The position numbers and the translations under genes were made by a program. The notes below the pieces were generated by a model. It was given only the letters and a program-made list of their open reading frames with translations, was not told where the DNA came from and ran no database searches. Below, piece after piece: positions 25,126-36,504 of a stretch of 64,000 bases of DNA; position 1 is the stretch's first letter; every line of letters starts with the position of its first letter. Source of the stretch: Neophaeotheca triangularis (Eukaryota); the NCBI GenBank assembly GCA_054600435.1, contig BAAIJX010000039.1, positions 124,001 to 188,000 of the forward strand, in the 5' to 3' direction.

Positions 25126-26500
25126 TTAGTCCTGCAGAGTACCGCTTTGAGCGGCGCAAGACTCGGCAGCACCCGCCGAGGTCGTGGTCTCGTAGTTGGT
25201 GATGCTGATTTCATGTTAGCTTGTTTCTTCTTTTGACGCAGTCTGCAAAAATGAGACGCGGCACTTACGTTGTCCTGTTGGTGACGGTGGTAGTCCTAGT
25301 GGCGATCGCCCTGCGAACAGTGCGGGTGCGGGTCTCAGCGTCGGCGGTGATGGTAATGGTCTCGATCATAGTACCCTGCTCGATGGTGACGGGCTCGGGG
25401 GTGATGGTGGTAGACTGGGTGATCTCATCGGTGTCAATGACCGTTGTCGTGGGAGCGGTGCTGGTGACCGAAGTCGTAGGGAGACCGCTCGTGGCGGTGA
25501 CGGTAATAGTGCGCTCATCGGGAGCACGCTTGTTGATGGTGTCGCGCTTGAGCTTCTCGGAGCGCTCCTTGATGAAGGCGCGCTTGATCTCCTCGCTAGG
25601 GTGACGACCCTCGAGGATCTCGCGCTTGAACTTGGCAGAGCCGGTGAGGGCGGGAGCCTTGTGCTCGACTGGCACCGAGCGCTTGCGGCCCCAACCGAAA
25701 AGGCCGCCGATGACTCTGTTCAAGAGAGAGTCGACGGTGCCCAGGGTGCCCTCGATTGTGTCTCTGATGACGTCGTCGAGCGGGCCGAGAATGGTAGGAA
25801 GGATGGTCGCCAGAGGGTCCTGAACGCGGTTGGAGGTCGGCGTAACGCAGGATGCCGGGACAGTCGAAACGGTGGATGCAACGTCGGTGGTCCTGATGGT
25901 GCGGACGATATTGAGGAGACCGATGGTGGTCGTCGTGGTTGATTCCCGGGGCCTTGTTGTTATGGTGGCGACCGAGCTGGCTTCGGGTACGGTGACCGTC
26001 TGCGCGGGCAAGGTGGATGTGACGAACGCCGTAACGGTGGTTGTGGAACTCTCAACAGGAGTTGTGACATCCTCAACGGTGATGGTAGGCGTTACGGTCT
26101 CGGTGGACTGAGGACCGACCTCCAAGCTAAAATCACGCTGGTTGGCGAGCGGGTCTCCGTCACCGTTGTTGCTAATGATGAGAAGTGTCCAGTCCCCGGA
26201 GTAAAGCTCGTTCTTGGGGAATGTTGTGCAGTTGACAAGGCGAGGAGTATCGTCGGGTGTCAATTCCGTAGTGGAACATTCTGCCTGATCGCCATCTGGT
26301 GTGATGAGGATGTTGTTCGAAATGTCGTCCTGGCAGCCTTCGAATTCCTGGAGAGCAGTGAAAGGCGATGTTGATTCGGAGTTCTGGAAGTAAACGCCTC
26401 CGCTTTGGAAGTCGATACCAAAAGAGTTACATTGTTGAGCAAAGGCGTATTGAGCAGAAGAGAGCGCAAGCCCGAGGCTTGCTAGACGAAGGGAAAGCAT
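25126..26500 (-). CDS. Secreted Thr/Ser-rich protein
   Basis: Signal peptide MLSLRLASLGLALSSAQYAFA, Cys-containing N-domain (CNSFGIDFQSGGVYFQN), Thr-rich mucin-like tracts and several KR sites. Short last exon after an intron at ~25205-25269. Confidence 0.85.
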
Positions 26501-28598
26501 TGCGACAAGTGGTTATATAGCGAGTGTTGTTACGAAAACGAGTGTATGGAAAGGTTTCAACGAAAGACAGGTGACAGGAACGAAAAGCAGGAAAGAGAGC
26601 AGGCAGGGCCTCATACAAAGTATATCAACTCCCCTCAAGTCTCAACGAACATTTCTACCTGCGCTAGACGTTCTATCGAATACTCCGACGTTGCATACTA
26701 TTGCACTTGGCAGACTGTGCAAAGACAGTAGCAGTCCAAATATGGTACTACCGATGGATCAAATAGTGGGCTCTATAGACTCTAGCCGACGGTTGAACTT
26801 GAAGCGATTCACGGTGTACGTGTGAAGAAACGCCATCCTTAACCAAGCTCGCCCGTCGTCTGAAGTATCTAGCGGGTGTTTTCGATAATGGTTTCAACTT
26901 TCAGCGCGCATGAGGTCCCGCTGAACTCTAACATGTATTTTTGGGTTTCTGACTAGAAACCACATGAACGGGCCCCACGCTGAATCTGCAGGGCGCACAT
27001 CAGGGACATCCCATTACCTAGGTAGTAGTAGTAGGTAGTACTGGGTCTTGATGGCTACGTGCTTCTTGCATATTCGTCTCGATCGGATTTGGCCCTACCA
27101 AGGTATGACAGCCGTGCGTCAGGTTGCCGTTCAGCCGGCTACCCAATTGGATTTCTGATATGGATCTGTTGCCTTGTTGACCGGTGGAACAGCATCAATG
27201 AACGGAGGTACAAGACCTGCATGGTGATTATGGTTGAAGGGCAGTGGTTGAATAATGCCTTCCTCCTACAGAGTCCTACTATTGAAGAGCTCGGCCGCTA
27301 GTCTGACACGGCGGCATGTCCTCGTCAGAAACTACCTAGGTTGGAGATGGCCACGTCGGTCCAGCAGTCCAGCTATTCGATCACAGAAGGCTCGTTCGCG
27401 ACCCTGCAGACGGGATCTGGGAGCGTGGAGATCCCTTTTTCCGCCTGAGTGAGCGCGTATGACGGTGCAAGTTGCAACTGACGCAGGTCTGGCACACGGC
27501 ATTGAGATTTTGTCGGGCCTAGCGGGTGACAAGGACCAGGAAAGGCGGTTTCCGAAGACGTTTTGGGCCATGTTTGGTTTTGGAGAGTCATGCTCGAAGC
27601 CTCGAAGTCGGAATTTTGAGAGGCTAACGATAAGTTTGCGACGCGAGCGTTTCAGCATGTCAGGGCAAGGTTGACGATGTGAAGCGTTGGTAAAGTCTAA
27701 GATGGCAGTATAAACATTATTCGTCTGCACTTGTCCGTGCGCCTCCGGATGGGGGTCTTCGGATCGCCTGCTGTCCCGAAAACGAGTCTTCGAGTCGTTC
27801 TCGTCTTCGAGTCTTCCGGTGCGGTGCGTCTTGGGTTGGCATCACATTATCCACGACTCGGGTCGTACTGTCCCTTGGCTATCGACTGACAAGGACATAG
27901 TCGCGATGCATACCCGAAGACGTGAGGTCGGGTCGTAAGAGAAAGAGACAAACTATGTAGGCAATAAATTAATAATTAGTAATGCCTCTGGCGCAAGATA
28001 TATAGGTACATATTCGCATCAGGCAAAGCGGGACCTTGCACGTGTGGGGGTTCTTTGCCGAGATCTTCACCGATGATCCGCCTACCCCCTATCTAGACTC
28101 TACCTAGTTTAGTACCTAGGTAGTAGTAGACTGCCAGTATCTCCTCAAAGTTGCCTTATTTGGCATGCCTTTGGGTTAACGGCAAGCAGACTTCGGCTTT
28201 CAATAAGTAGTTCTTCACGAAAGATTCATCCCCGGCGCTCCGTCGACGTCGTCCATGTAGAAGTTGCCGTTCCGGGGGGCAATGGTAGGCGATAACGTAG
28301 GGGGCTGCAATTGGCGAATATCTGAATTCCCAATAACTCACGGGCTAGCAAAATACTTTGCGAGGCGATCTTTTACAAAGGAGAAGGTCTCTAATAGTAG
28401 TAATGGTGGGCAGTATATTCTCGCAAGGCTCGCGCGTTGCTGTCGAAGCAGCAGCAATTTTACATTCCATACTGTCGAAAAGGAGTAGAGCATGATTAAT
28501 TTACAAATGTATGCAACCCTTACCAAAAACGAAAGCACTCCAGTCTCTTCCACATTTCTCCAGAGCAAGGAAAATGGCAAAAAAGAAGTAAATCACGC

Positions 28599-28694
28599 CT
28601 CCCACGGGTGGGCTTGAACCACCAACCTTCCGGTTGCTTGACTCAGGTCGAGTGATTAACAGCCGAACGCGCTATCCAATTGCGCCACGAGGGA
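28599..28694 (-). tRNA. tRNA-Asn(GTT) with a 22-nt intron (28635-28656)
   Basis: TCCCTCG TG GCGC AATTGGATA GCGC G TTCGG CT GTT A [intron] A CCGGA AGGTT GGTGG TTCAAGC CCACC CGTGGGA G. The intron is at the canonical 37/38 position, the discriminator is G, and a T6 Pol III terminator lies ~15 nt downstream. Confidence 0.95.
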
Positions 28695-29057
28695 AGTTGG
28701 TACATCGTTTTGTTCTTCGGTATATATGTACAAAATTATGATGTCGCAGACAAATCAAGTTTGTTCGCCCCTTGCAGAGCTGCTTGGACTTGGTTTGCAG
28801 CATCGCCTGAGGTGCTGTTCGCCACTGTGCACGCTTTACTTAACATAGCTTGAGCCTCGAATCCTTCGACACGTAGGCTCCTCTCAACCAACCAATGTCA
28901 CAGCCATCATGCACTTTGCCAGAGCTCTTATGCAAGGCGAAAACCGCAATATAGCCTCTTGCCGCCCGTTATATACACCATGCAGGCGTCCAGGTAGGTT
29001 GCGAATTTGACATTCTGTTTCTACACCTACGGAGCCTAAAGACTACACCTCGCAAAC

Positions 29058-29984
29058 ATGGCGTCTTCGGGGTACTCGACGCTGGGCCAACACGATAGAA
29101 GACCCCGCCAAATCTCTCTGGGCGGATCTTTTGAGCTGCAAGAAGTACCCTTGGAAAGGGCAGAAACCAACGCCTCTGACGCACTCCTTGAGGACCTGGC
29201 GCAGGAATGCTCGGATGCTTTCTTCAGGCCCTCGAGCTGTGATGATGCTGGGACCGATTCATCATCGCGCGAGCGCTACGAGCCCTCGAACGAGAGTTGG
29301 GGGCACAGGCGGAGCGATTCAACGGAATCTAATGAGAGACCAGACGACTCTCGTGAGGCTGTATCAGAGAACCTCGATCAACATGAAAACAGCGCTCACT
29401 ATTACGTTCCAAAATCTACTGAATTGCAGGAACTCCGAAGGGCAAGGTAAGAGAGTACTAATCCGAATCTTATGCCTCAGTTGGTAAAATCAAAAGCTCA
29501 TCTCGCTGCTCTAGAATCGCGACTCATCGCTCCCCAAAAGCTGCTCTGCCCTCACAAGGAATAAAGAGTCACTGCTGAGTTCCCAAGAGCATGAGGATGG
29601 GGCAACATGCTGACACCCGGTGTAGGACGGAGCTACAAAACATTGGGCTACAGGATTGGGCCGATTATACGTTGCGCCGTGCTAACCTTCATACTTATGT
29701 TGGTAATAGTGGGCATGGGGTTCCGCAAATTTCCTAGTGCTATGCCAGTGGTAGGGTCTTGCAGTCTCGTGATCGCTGCCGCCTGCCATCCACCAAAGGA
29801 CGATACCGACGCAGCCGTACTACCCGTGCAATGGGGCGACACGCAGCCGGACGAGCCCATGGGACATTGCACCTTCACTTCGAAGGACGTCAGCCCGCTG
29901 GTCATCGGGCGGCTGTATGCTGGACGGAGCACGGCCATTGAAGACACTGGAGAGGCTAGGCAGCGACGTGAACTACCTTCTTAA
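29058..29984 (+). pseudogene. Internally deleted remnant of a DUF6536-type membrane protein gene
   Basis: A hydrophilic N-terminal ORF (29058-29450) and a C-terminal piece with MPVVGSCSLVIAAACHP...AVLPVQWG...GHCTFTS...GRLYAG. The multi-TM core between them is missing. Confidence 0.55.
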
Positions 29985-30612
29985 CGGATGACGAAGGCTA
30001 TATTATTGCTGGTCGAGTGATCCGAGGTATGGTCGACGTTACAGGGCCTTGCAAGGTAGGAACACAATTGCCGGGTTATTGGGAAGGACATGCTTTCGGT
30101 TGATTGGTGTTTTTTCTGACTTTTGTTCTTGGTTTTCGGTTTTTTTCCTGAGGAACAGGAAGTCAGGAGAAGGTTTTAACAGATTGTCTGACGTATATCG
30201 AGCGATTTTTCATTATGGACATTATTTCCGTGGCATCTACTTCTTCCTCATGAACTCGGATGCCGTCACTTCTACTGTTCTCTCTGCGGTTGTATGCTTT
30301 GATACACTCAGTGCAGTTTTGAGTGTCGTAACGCCTTTTAAATGAACCTGTCAAGCTGGCTCGAGCGCGTATTTGCTCGCGGCAGTGCGGCGGCCACCCG
30401 CTTGATCGCTGGTATGGGCGTTCCCAACCTGTCGCTCTCTGGGAGCATCACATTGGACCAGCGAATGGAATGGAGGGCACCGCACGGGGTGACTTGGTGT
30501 AGGCTTGCATGCCTACGCTTCTCATCGTCTACCTTCCCTGCTTCAGGGCAAGCGCCCGCCTGTGTCGACGAATCTGTCCATGACTCTATGTCTGAAAGCA
30601 ACCCCATCGCGC

Positions 30613-31679
30613 TCACTTCGCATGCACGAGCATCTGCTCATAAAGCTCATCCGGAATCTTGCGAGCAAAGTTGACAGTAAACTCAATGACCTTCTTCGCC
30701 CTCAACGGCTTAAAGTCCGGCTTCGGGCTCGGGCTGTTGAGCAATTGATCCCTAATCAAAACAAGCTGCGAAACAATACACAGCAGGTTCAAATGCGGGC
30801 CGTACGCGAATAGAAAATCCCAAAGCTGCAGCACTTCTGGCAGCGGCGGCGTGCAAGCGCACATGGTGAGGACGCTGGGGAAAGCGTAGATTTCGGCCTT
30901 CATGCTCTTTGAGAGGAGGTGTTGTGCCAGTTTTGGGTCGACGATGGCTAGGATTTTGTCCACGAGTGCTAGGCCCTTATGTACGCCTTCCATGCTTCCG
31001 CGAACGTATCCAGGGCATTCATAGGCGATGCAGCGGTCGAAGGCTGCAAAAGCTTCTGCCTCGCTACGGGCGGCGTAGAGGAAGGGCGCTGCTAGCACGT
31101 TCATGCCTTGCACGTATCCCATTTGGCTTCCCGCGTCGCCTGCTTCAGAGCCCTCGGTCATGGAGTCCAGGGTTTGCCTTGTCGACATTGAGCCCGGGGA
31201 AGGGAAGATGTTGTCGCCGTCGACGCTCTTGGGCACGCCCAATGTGGGCGGGGACATCCAGCCATTGACTCGTGCCTCGTTCGCGTCGTGCAACTTCCAT
31301 GCTATGGCGTTGAGGACGCGAGTGAGACTGTTTTCGGTGACGCGGCGACGGAAAAGAGGGTCGGTCGTGAGGGTTCGGAAGGTGTCGTTGCGGATCTTGG
31401 TGTAGGCTGGCGACGCGCCTTGTCGAACTAGGTCGAGGTAGGCATCGGTGTTTTGAGGGGGCGCGTTTAGAAGGATGAGCCAGATGTAGATACGGAGTTC
31501 GGACTGGTGTGATTGTCAGTGTGCTGCTGTGGTGGCTGGTCTTTGGTGAACAAGCTCACCATGCCATCGTTGTTGCTGGGTATGCCGTCGAGCAACACTG
31601 TCCGCCTAAGCTCCTCGAGCCCTTGAGATAGGTCGCCATTCCTGGGCCCTCTCTGAAGGAATGAATCGAGGTGTGTCAT
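30613..31679 (-). CDS. BUB2: Mitotic exit/SIN GTPase-activating protein Bub2/Cdc16 (TBC domain)
   Basis: Exon 1 ...LEELRRTVLLDGIP, intron ~31505-31559, then LRIYIWLILL, KIRNDTFRT, YVQGMNVLAAPFLY, YAFPSVLTMCACTPPL and LWDFLFAYGPHLN. Confidence 0.93.
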
Positions 31680-31982
31680 GTCCGCGACCTAGCAGCGAAT
31701 GTCGGTGGTCTGATGTATGTTGTGAGCCGTTGTTGTGGAGTGCTATTGAGCTAAGCCGAAACTGGAAGGCACGTCTCGAGGTGTGGGGAAGATATACCTT
31801 AGGGCAAGAGTTGGTGTTGATTTCACTCGCATCGATACCAACCCTCGTGCTCGCCCTCGTTCTATATACCCAATTGAGTACATTCAACGTTTCGGTTGAA
31901 GTGTTCAATCCGCTCATAGGTGCACTTTGGAGCCGAACGGCTCTTTCTTTCTCGATCTTCGACAGAGCACTTACACAGAAAC

Positions 31983-32993
31983 ATGGACAAGCTTACGCAT
32001 GAAGACCTGACCATCTGTGTGGCGTGTGGAACGCAGTTCGACCAAACGTTAGGGAGCGCAGAACAACCAGCGAACTGCAAGATATGCGACGTAAGTCGAG
32101 TACAAAACCATAGGCCGTTTACAATACTAACACCTCCCAGGATCCTCGGCAATACGTCCCGCCCCAAGGCCAAACCTGGACCGCACTCCGCCGCATGAGA
32201 GATACCTACACCAACACCATCGAACAAGTCCCCGAAGAGACGAACATGTACTCTATCACCACGACGCCCAAGTTCGGCATCGGCCAGCGCTGCATCCTGC
32301 TCAGCACGCCCCATGGGAACGTGCTTTGGGACTGCATCACCTATCTCGACGCCGAGACTGAGCAGTTTATCAAAGGAAAGGGCGGGTTGAAAGCGATTGT
32401 CATCAGTCACCCTCATTACTACACTACGCACCTTGACTGGGCTGCGGTGTTTGGGTGTCCTGTTTGGTTGGCTGCGGAGGACGGTGAGTGGTGCAGTCGG
32501 GAGGATTCGCAGGGGTCACGGCGGTGGATCGAGGAAGGAAAGGGGGTGCAGGAGATCGTCGACGGAGTGAAAGCTATTAAGATTGGCGGGCATTTCCCAG
32601 GTAGCTTGGTCATGTGGTGGCAAGGTAGGCTACTAATCGCCGACTCCTTTATTACGGTGCCGGTAAGTACTTTTATTATCCCAAACATTTTCCACCACAC
32701 GATGCTGACAGATTGTGGCCAAGTCGGCGCTGTATCATGTCAACCGACCGCCTGGTACGACCTCCTATGCTTTCATGTGGTCAATCCCTAACATGATACC
32801 ACTGCCACCCTCGGAGCTCCACAAGATGTGGCAAGCCCTTCGGCCCTTCGAGTTCTCCAGCACACACGGTGCATTCACAAGCCACGAGGTACGGGATGAG
32901 GGGGTCAAGGGCCGTGTCCTTGAGAGCATGAAGATCCAGGTTCGTGGCGAGGGATGGAGTGAGCACGCTCTCCTCGAAGAAAGCTGGCCGTAG
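31983..32993 (+). CDS. Metallo-beta-lactamase-fold hydrolase with an N-terminal CxxC..CxxC zinc ribbon
   Basis: ICVACGTQF...CKICD|DPRQYVP, GIGQRCIL, VLWDCI, ISHPHYY, GGHFPGS and FMWSIPNMIPL; two introns. Confidence 0.9.
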
Positions 32994-33049
32994 TCTGCAA
33001 TTATTTGGAGCAAGGTATCGTGTTCTTGCATTATTCAAGATCCAACTCA

Positions 33050-34273
33050 TCATCTCCCCCCCAAAGCACGAACCCTTTTTTCAAGGTCCTTAACCCACCC
33101 CTCAACTACCATTCCGTTTCTCCCGTTGGCCTCATCGGCCCTGCCCACCACTTGCTCTACTTTTTCCAGGCCCTGCCGCCAAGTCTTCAGCTCTTGTTCC
33201 ATTTCAGTCTGCCGCGTTTCGAGTGCATCCAAATCTTCCGCCGCAGAAGCAGCAGTCGAGTGTAATTGCCGCAAACTTCTCAGTCGCGCTAACAGTGGCG
33301 GCACTGTGGGAGAGAGATTCTGAAGGGTCGGCAGAAGCGGGTAGAGTGACTGTAGCTGTTGATAGTCTTCAGGCGAAAGAACGGCAGTTGCGGGTGTCCC
33401 GTTTCCATCTTCTGACGCAACTTGTTGTGGTAAACCCTGGTTCCGCGCGGCCGCCAGCTCCTCAGTGTACTTGCGCACCCGCCCACCAACTGCTTCGAGA
33501 TTCGTGAGAGAAGTTGCTGATGTGATAGCACTAAGCTGTTGATCCAAAAGCGATAACGTGGGCAACAAGGGGGTAGCGGCGGTGCTCCCGTCTGAGTCGC
33601 CAATGGCCGCATCAAGGCTTTGAATACCCAGCGCCGTTTCCAAAGAAGCAAGCCGTGTATCAAAAGCAGATACGCGCTGCAGAATCTGGTCGTCCGTCAA
33701 GTCTTCTTCTTCCCTGGCATCTGGGGCCGCTGTCTCCTGCTCATTCTCAGCCGGTTGCCGCGCCTTTTGTTCCTTCCCTTTCCCTTCAACTTCGATCCCA
33801 GCCAACATTCGGCTAATAGAGTTGATCTCGTCTTCAGCCGCTTCCCCACCAGCACCAGCGTCAGCTTGATCACCCTCCTTAGCAAGCACCCTGCACTCCT
33901 CAATTTCACGTTTTAGCCGCGCAATCCGCGTCTTCAAACCCTCATCCTCGTCTTCTTCGCGCACACCCCTAGCCTTATTGACACCATACCCTCTCCTACG
34001 CCCATCGACTCGGTCGCTCAGATCAACGCCCTTAGTCTCGACCCTCTTGTCCGTACGATCGAATCTGCTCCTGGCTCGTTCGGGATAGAGACGCCGCCTA
34101 CTGACACCGTAGCTCTCGTCGCCATCTTCATCACTGGTCGCAGAAGAGATAGCAGGCGAAGGCGAGCGCTGGTTCGTCGAAGTGGAGGTATCATCCGTCA
34201 ATTCTGGCGTTTCGTATATCTCCTGTTGCTGGTCGTAGCCAGGAAGGTTGGCGTAACGATTGGTTTCCGCCAT
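33050..34273 (-). CDS. DCTN2: Dynactin subunit 2 (dynamitin/p50)
   Basis: N-terminal RYANLPGYD...IYETPEL, coiled coils, FDTRLASLETALG and VPPLLARLRSLRQLHSTAA. Confidence 0.88.
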   Translation of the reverse strand: MAETNRYANLPGYDQQQEIYETPELTDDTSTSTNQRSPSPAISSATSDEDGDESYGVSRRRLYPERARSRFDRTDKRVETKGVDLSDRVDGRRRGYGVNKARGVREEDEDEGLKTRIARLKREIEECRVLAKEGDQADAGAGGEAAEDEINSISRMLAGIEVEGKGKEQKARQPAENEQETAAPDAREEEDLTDDQILQRVSAFDTRLASLETALGIQSLDAAIGDSDGSTAATPLLPTLSLLDQQLSAITSATSLTNLEAVGGRVRKYTEELAAARNQGLPQQVASEDGNGTPATAVLSPEDYQQLQSLYPLLPTLQNLSPTVPPLLARLRSLRQLHSTAASAAEDLDALETRQTEMEQELKTWRQGLEKVEQVVGRADEANGRNGMVVEGWVKDLEKRVRALGGR

Positions 34274-34586
34274 GTTAAATAATTCCAGCAGAGATCTCAG
34301 AAAATAGCAGTACGGCTGAGCCGTTGTCTGATTTTATTCGAGAAAAGACGACTTTGTTCCTGTACCTATGTAGTTGACGCCGTAGACCTCCCATGAAGGT
34401 GCTCCTGCAGCAGACGACATCACGGCTCCACGTCGGTCAAACACACGCGACAACGCGCGATCACATGGCGATAAGCTTATCAGCTTCCATATCCTACACC
34501 TACTACCTACCTCCTGCCATGCAACCAACCAACCTCCAACTCCAACACTCCCGCCCCACGCGTATCCGGAAACCCCCGTCAACACA

Positions 34587-35174
34587 ATGGCCGAAAACGA
34601 ATCCCAACCTGGGCGCCCCTATTACGAATCCCTCCGCAACAATCTACGACAAACCCTCGACAAAAAGCGCAAACTCGATCAACAGCTCACGGAACTCGAA
34701 GACCAAATCTACAAAACCGAGGGCGCGTACCTGGAAGAAACCAGCGCTTCGGGGAACATCGTGCGCGGTTTCGATGGCTGGGTGAAGGGCGTAGTAGTGG
34801 GCGGGCGGACGGGCGTGGATGACAGGCGCAGAGGCAGGATTAGGGATGAGGATAGGGTGTTTTCGCGGAGCTCGGTGGGGTGGATGAAGGTATGTTGTGT
34901 TCAACGCGTTTTTTTTGGTGGGGTGTGAGGTGAGGTGAGGTTTGAGAGGGATCTGGTGCTGACGTTTGGTTTCTTGGTGAAGCAGCAAGATGGTACGGAT
35001 TCGAATGCGACGTCGCATGCGGCTACGCCGACGACGTCGGTGCCTGGAAATGCTGGCGCGGGTAATGCTGGGGCGAGCAAGGCGAATAATAAGAAGAAGC
35101 GGCCGCAGGAGAAGGAGGAGGACGAGGATGCGAAGGCGAATAAGCGGGGAAAGATCACTTATGCGAGGGACTGA
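34587..35174 (+). CDS. EAF6: NuA4 histone acetyltransferase subunit Eaf6
   Basis: LEDQIYKTEGAYLEETSASGNIVRGFDGW and DEDRVFSRSS; one intron from 34890. Confidence 0.93.
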
Positions 35175-35959
35175 TCTGGGGAGGGGTTATTGGAGTTTTT
35201 TGTTCGAGCGTTCTGAGCATGGTGTTAAGGCGCGATGGGATGGCAATGCTATGGGCTTACGGAGGTGGAATCCTTGCTTTTGCTTCAGCGACAGTGCTGA
35301 TGGTACAGAGTGCCTTATACCCAACTCCGTACTACAGAAAATCGGTGACTACAGAGATTGGTGGTGCCTTGAACGCAAGGACCCAACTACATGAAAACGC
35401 TATGCGCCAACTCCAACCTTTCATCCGCTCCATACGGTGTTGGACGAATTGAGAAGGCAAATGGTCAAGCACTCATGCTGACCGCAGCTCTGCTCTGGAA
35501 GCTCACAAGTCCTCGTCATCTGCCAAAGTTAGCATCAAACTGGAGCTCAACCGCTAGATCCCACATTACGCACCTTCGGAAGGGTACTGAGACCTTGGCG
35601 TCGGACTGTAGCTAGCATGCCTTGGAGATCTACCGCCACTCACGTTAGTCGTCTCGAAGCCAGGGTTGAGTCTGCTCTTCCCGGAGCGAGACTTTCCAAT
35701 AGAAAGGCCAGTTATGCCGGGAGAAGGGTATGGGGTTTCGGGTGGCGTGGCTGGGAAGACATTGCTGGGGCAGGGCCGTGGTTTACGAGCCTTGAAGATT
35801 TATTTGTGGTCTCTTGGTCGAGTCTTGTGGGCTTCGAAGAGGAGCGGCGGTTGTCTGGCGTTGAGGGCTCTGGTGTATTGCTGGAAAGGGCGTTCGTATC
35901 TCCGAAGACTTTTCCGCTCAGTTGCTTGTCTGTGCCTAGATCTGTTGGTTCCAGCGATC

Positions 35960-36504
35960 CCGCACGATAGTGTAGTCATCATTGCTGTTGCGAATCAAAC
36001 CCGGTTAGTCCACTAGCATAAGGTGTGGCTGGTTTGGTCCGCAGATCTCTGCACGAAGGACATCGTGATAGAAGGCACCACTGCCGCTAAGCCGGGCCAT
36101 GTGCGCGGCCGCTGACTCGATGATGCTTGGAAAGTCTTCTGGAGTAGCCAAGTCTTCGCTGTGAAAAGAGGACAAATGCTCTTTCTCCTCCAGGGACCTG
36201 GTCGGAGCTGGCTTTATCGAGACCGAAAAGTTCTGAATGGTTTGACTGGGTCATTGCGAATCACCAGCTCCGACGCAAAGCGGGTCTGAAGCCGGTCGCC
36301 AGCTGGGAATCGAACTTGAGATATTGCTTACCAAAAGGAGCTTTTGCCTGCCGATTGATCGCCGCAGACGAGGAGTTGAGGAAGGTCTAGTCCGTCGTGT
36401 AGCAGATTGATCGAACGCAATTTGTCAACAACATCAAGGAGCTGGGCCTGGTCCTCAGACTGCAATTGGCGCAAAGCTTCGTTGGGCTGCTCGGTTGCTT
36501 CCAT
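35960..36504 (-). pseudogene. Dynamin-family (Mx-like) GTPase pseudogene
   Basis: LDLPQLLVCGDQSAGKSSFW*AISQVRFP..TRFASEL, a frameshift, then VSIKPAPTRS...DVLRAEICGPNQPHLMLVD*PGL. There are stops just after G1 and inside G3, and the rest of the gene is absent. Confidence 0.85.

Noticed and set aside
28156..28580. AT-richer segment beside the tRNA with DRLAKY (reminiscent of Gypsy integrase DRLTKY)
   Set aside because: A single short match; no other integrase, RT or LTR features.
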